From IMG/VR virus record IMGVR_UViG_3300010354_000051, positions 32,001 to 96,000 of that record: DNA of 64,000 nucleotides, one strand, 5' to 3'. The DNA is from a virus. Within the stretch, counting starts at the first letter, position 1, and each line of letters opens with the position of its first letter. The notes beneath the pieces are model-generated. The model did not search any database and was not told the DNA's origin. It was given only the letters and a program-made list of their open reading frames with translations. The position numbers were made by a program, and so were the translations under genes. Shown here piece by piece: positions 57,270 to 64,000 of this stretch.

Positions 57270-57285
57270 AAATCGCAAAAACAGG

Positions 57286-57301
57286 GGTGAAAGCTAATAG
57301 A
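57286..57301 (+). promoter_or_regulatory. candidate late promoter GGTGAAAG-CTAA-TAG
   Basis: Intergenic; core 36 nt upstream of the sheath start. Confidence 0.65.
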
Positions 57302-57329
57302 GAGGTCTGTACACTAATGGAGATCAACC

Positions 57330-60158
57330 TTGGCTAATCAAGTCACCGTTAATGCAGCTACCCTAAATCGTCCGGGAGTTTTTGTTACCCAGACGGCCAC
57401 TGGTGGTCTGCCACAGCCTATCGCAAGCCATGCCGTAGCGTACCTGTTCGGTACTACTGCGGCCGATGAATACTATGAAGGCAATGCGGAAGGCATTTAT
57501 TCCCCCTACCTACCTTACACTCTAACCCAAGTAGCCTCTGAGCAGGATTTTTTGGCTAAGACTGGTGGTAGCAAACCTGTTGGTAGCCCTGGAGCACTAA
57601 CTACTTACGACTCGGTCAAAGCATTTTTTGACAACGTAGGCACTAATGGGATCCTTTACTTCAGTAGAGTTACCCCAACCCCCGAAACAGTAATCGATCT
57701 GAGCCTGAGCGGTGCTGGTGCAGGATATAATGCGTTTGCGATCAAGGTAAACGGCAGATACTTCGGCACTCCGATTGGTGTGAACGATGTAGACGGCGAT
57801 GAGATCAGAGTTATCTCTACGACCGCTCTGGACGTGGTAGATAATGCTAGAGACCTTTTCGTTTTTCTGTCCGGTACAGACTCCGATGACTTCTCCAGCT
57901 TCTATCAAGTAGAGCAAACTGCAACAGAAGCCACTCAGGCCAAGTTCAGAATCTTCTCCAGAGACAATACTCTGCTCCCTGAAGTTGAGAGATTTGTCGC
58001 TTATCAGTTTAGCGACACTTCCTACCTCAACCCGCTCAGCCTCAACACCAGCAACGTAGTAAAACTCTACACCTCGGTAAAAGAGATCAACTTCCGTTGC
58101 AATAGCAGAGAGATCGCAACGGGTGAAGGCATCCTCTATATCGACGGTTCGGCCCTCAGCCTGTACGTCCAGGCCGCCAACGACGCTGTCTCCGGCACTT
58201 ACGATCCGTCAGTAGATCAGTCAGACATTATCGTTGACTATCTGCTCGATCAGGGTGTCTATACCGCTGACACCGCTATTCCCGATGACAAGATTATCGC
58301 AGTTAGCAAGGACTTTAGCTCGGGTGCTGGCAGTGGTGACAAGTGGCTAGACGTTAATGCGGTGTACTGGAGATATGATCTGGGCACGACCACCTTTGCA
58401 AAAATCGTATCCGGTTCTAATAGCGCTGTTCCCACCGGCTCGGTAACGACCACGGGCGGAGTTACTACTCGCACAGGCTATCTTCCCGACTCGGTTCAGG
58501 TGTTCTATGTGTCTGTGGCTGGAGAGAACCGGGCAATTATTGTCAATGGCGCCACTCCTAGCGAACTAACTGTAAACCTGAAAAACGAGCTTGTAGCTAT
58601 CCTGGCCGAAAAAGGTCTAGCTCAGTATTACGACCTGGAAGCAGTAACGACCAATGCCAACTACAGCGGCACTTCCTACGCCCCTAATAATGGCTACGGA
58701 GTGAGCAACCTGATCTCAGTAGCCGGTGCGCCGTTTATCCGCCCGGATATTGAAGAGATTGCACTGTCAGGTACTTTGGCTATTTCTTCCGGTACTGTTA
58801 CTGGCTCGAACACTAAGTTCACTGAAGAGCTAGGTGTAGGCAGTGTGTTTGTTGCTAACGGGACCAGATTCACTGTAACTGCCCTTACCAGCGACACAGC
58901 CCTGACGGTTACCCCGTCTACCGTAACCGTCGCCTCTGGCTCTAGCGCTAGCTTGGACAAGTCCTTAGCCAATGGCTTCTTCTCCCATGACTATGTGCTG
59001 CGTGTCCGTATCACGGCTAAAAATGGTCTGGTAAGCCCGGTTCTGGCTGGTACTAATCGCCAGGGTCTAGTCGACCAGAACGTGGTCAAACTGACCTCGG
59101 TTGCTGAGAATGTTGGTTATAGCAGCTATAAGCTGACTTCATCCGCCAAAGCTCAGGACTTTGTCTACGGCATTGAAAAGAGCATGACGGATACTTACTA
59201 TTCGCCAGGCTTCCTGCTAGCCCCTGAGGCATATAGCTCATTGTCCTACAGCGCTGGTTCTGACATCGCTTCCAGAAGCGAAGGTATGAGAGAAAGACTG
59301 AAAGTTACCCAGTCCTTGATCTCCGCTGCTGAAGGCCGGTTCGGTTCGACTGAAGGTATCAGCAACACTCAACATGTCGCACTGATTGACTGCGGCGGTG
59401 ATTCGGAAATCCTTCCTCATGCCCAGGAAGAGCTAGATCTGATCAAAAAGAGCGCAGGTTCATTCTATGGCCATGCCTCCTTCTTCGCTCCGTACATCAA
59501 AAACCTTGATGATAGATATGTACCCGCTAGCGGTTTCGTAGCTGGTATCGCCTGCGGCAGATACATTAACGAAGGTTTCCAACAGCCTCCCGCTGGTGCC
59601 AGATACCCGCTACGCGGAGCTACCGGTCTCAAGTTCAACATTACTGCCCAGCAGCAGGAAGTCACCTATTCCCTAGGTCTGAACCCAATCCGGTCTCTGC
59701 CTAACCGTGGCATTGTTGTTTGGGGTTCGCGAACCCTTTCTAGCAGCCCGCTGTTCCGATTTGTCAATACTCGAGTCATACTCAACGTATTGATTGATGT
59801 GATGAACAGAAGCTTTGACGACTTGCTGTTTGAGAATATTGATAGCGCGGGTACGGTTTACTCCAGAGTGAAATCGATCGCGTCTCAAGTACTCAACCAG
59901 TTCTACCGCCAAGGTGCTCTGTTTGGCAACAGACCTGAGCAAGCATACCTAGTCGTATGTGACGATTCCAACAACTCCACAACTCTACTCGAACAGGGTA
60001 CAGTTCGTATGGATGCGTATGTGGCTACTAGCCCGACCCTGGAGAGACTGGCTATTACAATTGCCAGAACTCCCGCCGGTCAGGTAGCCCTGTTGGCCGA
60101 CTCGTTCAGTAGAAACGAGGAAAGATTTGCTGCGTTCCTGAGCGCTACTAACCTGTAA
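57330..60158 (+). CDS. tail sheath protein
   Basis: RPGVFVTQ N-terminus; C-terminal FFAPYIK, VPASGFVAG, PPAG, LNPIR, VVWGSRTL, FRFVNTR, AYLVVCDDSNN; TTG start after GGAG. Confidence 0.95.
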   Translation: MANQVTVNAATLNRPGVFVTQTATGGLPQPIASHAVAYLFGTTAADEYYEGNAEGIYSPYLPYTLTQVASEQDFLAKTGGSKPVGSPGALTTYDSVKAFFDNVGTNGILYFSRVTPTPETVIDLSLSGAGAGYNAFAIKVNGRYFGTPIGVNDVDGDEIRVISTTALDVVDNARDLFVFLSGTDSDDFSSFYQVEQTATEATQAKFRIFSRDNTLLPEVERFVAYQFSDTSYLNPLSLNTSNVVKLYTSVKEINFRCNSREIATGEGILYIDGSALSLYVQAANDAVSGTYDPSVDQSDIIVDYLLDQGVYTADTAIPDDKIIAVSKDFSSGAGSGDKWLDVNAVYWRYDLGTTTFAKIVSGSNSAVPTGSVTTTGGVTTRTGYLPDSVQVFYVSVAGENRAIIVNGATPSELTVNLKNELVAILAEKGLAQYYDLEAVTTNANYSGTSYAPNNGYGVSNLISVAGAPFIRPDIEEIALSGTLAISSGTVTGSNTKFTEELGVGSVFVANGTRFTVTALTSDTALTVTPSTVTVASGSSASLDKSLANGFFSHDYVLRVRITAKNGLVSPVLAGTNRQGLVDQNVVKLTSVAENVGYSSYKLTSSAKAQDFVYGIEKSMTDTYYSPGFLLAPEAYSSLSYSAGSDIASRSEGMRERLKVTQSLISAAEGRFGSTEGISNTQHVALIDCGGDSEILPHAQEELDLIKKSAGSFYGHASFFAPYIKNLDDRYVPASGFVAGIACGRYINEGFQQPPAGARYPLRGATGLKFNITAQQQEVTYSLGLNPIRSLPNRGIVVWGSRTLSSSPLFRFVNTRVILNVLIDVMNRSFDDLLFENIDSAGTVYSRVKSIASQVLNQFYRQGALFGNRPEQAYLVVCDDSNNSTTLLEQGTVRMDAYVATSPTLERLAITIARTPAGQVALLADSFSRNEERFAAFLSATNL

Positions 60159-60160
60159 TC

Positions 60161-61720
60161 ATGGCTCGCAGATTTCGCCAACAACCCGAAATAGTTCTCA
60201 ACTCTGAGAAGCCCTTGACAGAACAACAGCCCAGACGGGTTGTATATGTCGAGATGTTTCGGGCCGGCCCGCAGATCAGTTCTACGGGTCAGAAGATGGT
60301 GTTTTCGGAAGAAGACCTTGATCAGGTAGTGAATAGCTACCGGCCAACCAAACACGAAGCACCATTAATTATCGGCCATGACCAAGATGACAGTACACCT
60401 GCTCTAGGTCATGTCCGAGAAGTTTGGCGGAAGGGCAAATCTCTGTGGGGTAAGGTAGAACTTACCCCTAAAGCAGAAAAACTAATCCGAGACGGGGTGT
60501 TCAAAAAGGTAAGTAGCTCGTTCTACTTGCCCGATGCGGACACTAATCCCACTCCGGGTAGTCTGTCCCTTCGCCATCTCGGACTTGTGTCCATACCGGC
60601 GGTAAAAGGACTCACAGCCTTTTCCGAAACCCTACCCGAAGGCTCGATTACAATAACTCCAAGGGAGTCTTCTATTTCATTTCAAGAAAATCACCCAACT
60701 ATGGCTAGAAGAAAAACCGAAGCCCCCAAGCAGCAAGTTGTCGATCACGCTGACGGCAAGGGGATGACCATTAATGTGAATATTAATGGTGTTAAGGCTA
60801 ATGAGCCGGACGAAGTAAACGAAGCCGGCTTTGAAACCCAGAATACGGGCGCTGCTGCTCCGTATGACATGGAATATGGGGATGACATGAACCCTGAATC
60901 TCCCGCACCCGGTCAGGTCGATCCGAGCCTTCAGCGAACCGACATGGTCGAAGGGCCTGATGGTGGCGGCGACATGGGCGATGAGAGCGATGGCCAGGGC
61001 GACCCGATTCCGCCCGATGGCGAAGGCCCGGACGGTGACCAGGGCGATTCCGGCCCGGACGACAGCGGTGTGGACGACATGTCCGGTGACGACGACGAGA
61101 AAGTTGCTTCAGATCTCGCCTCTAAGTACACCGAAGAACAGCTCATTATGGCCCTGTACCAGCTTGCTCAGTCTTCCAGCAATATGGCTGAAGATTGCAA
61201 CATGCCCGGTTATAGCGAAGAAGAGCCTGGTGAAGAAGAGGTTTACACGGCGGAGTTCTCTGAGACTCCCGACCCTCTAGCTGAGAAAGTTGCCCAGCTT
61301 GAAGAAGAACTAGCCACTCAAAAGCGTGCTATGAGACAAAAAGAAATCTCTGATTTCTGTGAGACTCTGTACGATGATGGTAAGTTGACTCCCCAGGTTG
61401 TTTCCAGTGGCGATCTTGTTCGCTTTATGGAGACCTTGAACTCCAAGAACAGTGTGAACTTTAGCGAAAGCGGCAAAGTTTCCCAGTTCGAGTTCATGAA
61501 GTCTATGCTGGACAGCCTGCCCTCCATGGTCAGCTTCAGCGAAGTTGCAACTCAAGCCAGTGCTCCGAAGAAAGCTAAGCCGGTTCGGCCCAATGCCGAA
61601 GGTTATGTTTACGACGAGCGCAATTCCGAATTGCACTCCAAGGCTCTGAGCTACGCAGAGAAGAACAATACGGACTATATGTCCGCCCTAAGACTCGTCA
61701 TCTCTGACGAAATTGACTGA
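60161..61720 (+). CDS. prohead protease/scaffold (Mu gpI-like)
   Basis: EMFRAG, PLIIGH, PALGHV, KKVSSSFY, LRHLGLVSIPAVKGL, then acidic low-complexity and coiled-coil scaffold region. Confidence 0.9.
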   Translation: MARRFRQQPEIVLNSEKPLTEQQPRRVVYVEMFRAGPQISSTGQKMVFSEEDLDQVVNSYRPTKHEAPLIIGHDQDDSTPALGHVREVWRKGKSLWGKVELTPKAEKLIRDGVFKKVSSSFYLPDADTNPTPGSLSLRHLGLVSIPAVKGLTAFSETLPEGSITITPRESSISFQENHPTMARRKTEAPKQQVVDHADGKGMTINVNINGVKANEPDEVNEAGFETQNTGAAAPYDMEYGDDMNPESPAPGQVDPSLQRTDMVEGPDGGGDMGDESDGQGDPIPPDGEGPDGDQGDSGPDDSGVDDMSGDDDEKVASDLASKYTEEQLIMALYQLAQSSSNMAEDCNMPGYSEEEPGEEEVYTAEFSETPDPLAEKVAQLEEELATQKRAMRQKEISDFCETLYDDGKLTPQVVSSGDLVRFMETLNSKNSVNFSESGKVSQFEFMKSMLDSLPSMVSFSEVATQASAPKKAKPVRPNAEGYVYDERNSELHSKALSYAEKNNTDYMSALRLVISDEID

Positions 61721-61725
61721 AGCCT

Positions 61726-61741
61726 GTTGAAGGCTTATTAG
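61726..61741 (+). promoter_or_regulatory. candidate late promoter GTTGAAGG-CTTAT-TAG
   Basis: Shares 18 identical nt (GTTGAAGGCTTATTAGCT) with the copy at 17261. Confidence 0.65.
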
Positions 61742-61743
61742 CT

Positions 61744-61858
61744 GATCAGTGTAACAACGGTTGGGGGAGAGTAATCTCCCCTTATCGGCAGATAGCTGAG
61801 ACTATCTGTTCTGGTTACACAGAGTAGTAGAAATACTATCAACTGATCGGGACGATCA
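61744..61858 (+). ncRNA. multibranched structured leader RNA of the head operon (unassigned)
   Basis: Nested stems GATCAG/CTGATC and TGTAAC/GTTACA; hairpins GGGGAGA-GTAA-TCTCCCC, CAGATAG-CTGAGA-CTATCTG, GTAGTA-GAAA-TACTAT; alternative TGATCG-GGA-CGATCA. Confidence 0.6.
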
Positions 61859-61885
61859 ATCTAACTCACACGGAGACTTAACTAC

Positions 61886-62599
61886 ATGGCGACTGATCCT
61901 CGTTACATGTCGTTCGACCACCAGTATGTAGAGACCGTAACCGTCTCTGATGCTACCGCTCTACTTAATGGTGTAGAACGATGCCGGTTTGTTAAGAGAA
62001 CTGGCGCTTACCCTGTTGCCGGTGGCTATGCCGCTGGCGTGAACATCTACCGTATTTACGGTCAAGGTGAACTGACTGACAAAGGCTATCAGGTTGTCGA
62101 ATCTGATATGACCGCTCTTACTGGTACTCTGTCTATCAGCACCGCTGGTGTTGTGACCGGAGCCGGTACTAATTTCGATCCGCAAATGCCTGTCGGCACT
62201 ACGATCAAAATTGGTGCGAATCTTTACCGGGTTATGAGTGTAGCTAGCGACACTAGCGCTACCGTATCTCCCGCCCCTGCTACTTCCATTTCCGGCGCTA
62301 CTGCCTATATCTGGCCTGGTACTTGGGATGGTAAGTTTAACCCCAGCACTACCCCTAACAAGCCTGGCGTATTCCCGTACCAGGGCCTGATGAGTGTGGT
62401 AACGACTGGTATTGCCATTGTCGAAGTAGATTCAGCTTCTACTTTCGCTGTAGACGACGCTGTTTATTCCACCACTTCCGGTACTGCTTCTAGCACTGCT
62501 GGCTCGGGTGTAGTGATGGGTCGCTGCTTGGATGTAATCAGCGCTGCTGGTGCTGGTCAATACATTCGGGTGAAGCTCGGCAACGAGACTGGCGCCTGA
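61886..62599 (+). CDS. head decoration/cement protein (DUF2190-like) with inserted beta domain
   Basis: RFVKRTG..P.AG...GV and SVVTTGIAIVE...GRCLD...AGQYIRVKL; position just before the capsid gene; GGAG RBS. Confidence 0.75.
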   Translation: MATDPRYMSFDHQYVETVTVSDATALLNGVERCRFVKRTGAYPVAGGYAAGVNIYRIYGQGELTDKGYQVVESDMTALTGTLSISTAGVVTGAGTNFDPQMPVGTTIKIGANLYRVMSVASDTSATVSPAPATSISGATAYIWPGTWDGKFNPSTTPNKPGVFPYQGLMSVVTTGIAIVEVDSASTFAVDDAVYSTTSGTASSTAGSGVVMGRCLDVISAAGAGQYIRVKLGNETGA

Positions 62600-62630
62600 A
62601 TCTAATTCTTTTCACTAAGGGAAAATCATC

Positions 62631-62690
62631 ATGATGAATCTTGATCAGGTAAGGGTAATTGACCCCATCCTAACTCAGCTAGCACAAGGT
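62631..62690 (+). CDS. major capsid protein, exon 1
   Basis: MMNLDQVRVIDPILTQLAQG; AAGGGA RBS; in frame with exon 2 after intron removal. Confidence 0.9.
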
Positions 62691-63602
62691 TAATTGTAGC
62701 CGTGCCAAAAAGAAATTTTTGGTATTATAAAGGGGTGAATTGCTGGAAAGCCTAAATCTCTTTGGTTATGGAAACTGTGTATGAGCAATTTATCGAGCAT
62801 TGTCGCTTGATAGAAGAAACAGATAAAGTGTCTGGGGTCTATATGGAAAAACACCACATTTTGCCCAGACATTCTGGAGGAACAAATGAAAAACAAAACC
62901 TCATTTATCTCACCAGAAAAAATCACATTCTAGCTCATTACTACAGATGGATAGCTTACAACTCTAAACCTGACAGGTTAGCTTACCTTTTTATGAGGGG
63001 AGACATAACTGGAGAGGCTAAGAGAGAAGCTAGTAAACTCGCACAAAAAACCTGGACATTTGAAAAAAGGTCTGCATGCTCTAAAAAAGCCTATCAGACT
63101 ATGCTTAAAAGAAAATCGGGGATTGCTGCTAGGGGAGAAACTTGGAGACAAAATGTCTCAAAAGCCTCTAAGAAAAACATCCTCCAAAACAGAAAGAGCA
63201 GATTTACGAATAAAACAGTTAGTCTGCAAAACTGTTCTTTTAGGTTTAAACATGGATCCAGGGTCCTTTTTATAAATCAAAAGGACTTTTCTGACTTTTC
63301 AGAAACTAGCAAATACCTGTGTGTTTTGTTGGGAATAAAAGTTAAGAAAAGTGAGCACTTAAAGTTTATAAGACTAGTGCGCGGCGAAAGAAAAGTATTC
63401 CATGGCATCAAAGTAGACATGGTGATCAGCAGCCAAGCCGAGAATGGGCAAAGTTTTCTCGGAAGGTTCAGAGACTAGGAGAATGAGTCCCAACAATAAT
63501 TTCTCCCACGAGTGCCCCTCAGCCTCAAGGCTGAAGATATAGTCCGAACTTACAGGAAACTGTAAGAAGTAGAAGATAAAGAGCTTCTACGATAACATTC
63601 TG
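62691..63602 (+). mobile_element. group I self-splicing intron (IA-like, 912 nt)
   Basis: P (AATTGCTGGAAA), Q (GATCAGCAG), R (GTTCAGAGACTA) and S (AAGATATAGTCC) elements; P1 with U.G pair, P10, P2, P3, P7.1, P8, P9 GAAA loop; terminal G at 63602. Confidence 0.95.
62762..63478 (+). CDS. intron-encoded HNH homing endonuclease
   Basis: EKHHILPRHSGGTNEKQNLIYLTRKNHILAH HNH motif; basic C-terminal DNA-binding region; likely ATG at 62768. Confidence 0.9.
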   Translation: MVMETVYEQFIEHCRLIEETDKVSGVYMEKHHILPRHSGGTNEKQNLIYLTRKNHILAHYYRWIAYNSKPDRLAYLFMRGDITGEAKREASKLAQKTWTFEKRSACSKKAYQTMLKRKSGIAARGETWRQNVSKASKKNILQNRKSRFTNKTVSLQNCSFRFKHGSRVLFINQKDFSDFSETSKYLCVLLGIKVKKSEHLKFIRLVRGERKVFHGIKVDMVISSQAENGQSFLGRFRD

Positions 63603-64000
63603 TACAAGAACGCTGACGGTGTAGCTACCTTCTTCGCTCCTTCCGTTTCCATGAACGTTAGAGCGGGTAGAACTTTGGTATTCGGTAAGGAGGCTTTTGC
63701 CGCTCAGAACTTCCTACGTTCTCCCGGCACTAACATCCAGAAGATCCAGAACCAATTCGGCACTCGGAGCTTCGCTCTTCGTCAAGAAGCCATTAGCTGG
63801 GAAATTGCCGAAGAAGTAGCCGCTGAGGCTAAGAATGGTGCTGCGGCTATCGACCTTCGCGCCTATGCCGCCAAGGACGCCGCTAACCGTCTAATGCAGT
63901 CTTGGGAAATCCAAGTAGCTGCTAAAGTCCAAGACATTACTCAGTACGAGACCGGTAACGTACTCGATCTGGCCACTTACAACGGTGGTGCTGATCAGTT
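63603..64000 (+). CDS. major capsid protein, exon 2 (runs off the window end; lambda gpE/Mu-like family)
   Basis: YKNADGVATFFAPSVSMNVRAGRTLVFGKEAF...; open to the end of the window; highly expressed codon usage. Confidence 0.9.

Noticed and set aside
60880-61300. Overlapping short ORFs on both strands in the scaffold linker
   Set aside because: By-products of the GC-rich Asp/Gly/Pro low-complexity region of the protease/scaffold gene.
62690-62926. Minus-strand 78-aa ORF and plus-strand 63060-63275 ORF inside the intron
   Set aside because: Shadows of the intron structure and the HNH gene; no recognisable motifs.
1-64000. Alternative genetic code or stop-codon reassignment
   Set aside because: Very long ORFs are intact under the standard code and genes abut normally; the only interrupted gene is explained by the intron.
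1-64000. tRNA, rRNA or integrase/transposase genes
   Set aside because: No cloverleaf with T-loop/CCA, rRNA signature or recombinase motif was found by eye; a tRNAscan-SE run would be needed to be certain.

Overview
A 64-kb segment of a large tailed dsDNA phage with a contractile tail (myovirus-like), almost entirely late/morphogenesis genes. Recognisable parts: baseplate J, P2 gpI-like and LysM/gpX-like wedge proteins; a gp5/VgrG-type OB-fold spike; terminase large subunit; thioredoxin; a group 3 (SigF/SigB-like) sigma factor; a baseplate hub fused to an M23 peptidase and a tail lysozyme; TMK-like kinase; PhoH; a block of very large virion/fibre proteins; tail tube; DUF935-type portal; GT4 glycosyltransferase; a DUF285/BspA-like repeat protein; tail assembly chaperones; tail sheath; Mu gpI-like protease/scaffold; a DUF2190-like head decoration protein; and the 5' part of the major capsid gene. 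A cyanobacterial host is suggested by the sigma type, PhoH and several small cyanophage-like proteins, but this is inference only. Main signals beyond the ORF track: (1) the major capsid gene is split by a 912-nt group IA-type intron (62691-63602) whose HNH endonuclease ORF reads through the ribozyme core; (2) a G(T/G)TGAAAG-N5-TAG motif sits upstream of most transcription units on both strands (20 copies found by eye), a candidate late promoter for the phage sigma factor; (3) a multibranched structured RNA lies in the leader of the head operon (61744-61858); (4) a promoter-hairpin-terminator unit lies just upstream of phoH. No tRNA, rRNA or CRISPR array was seen. All family assignments come from remembered motifs, not database searches.
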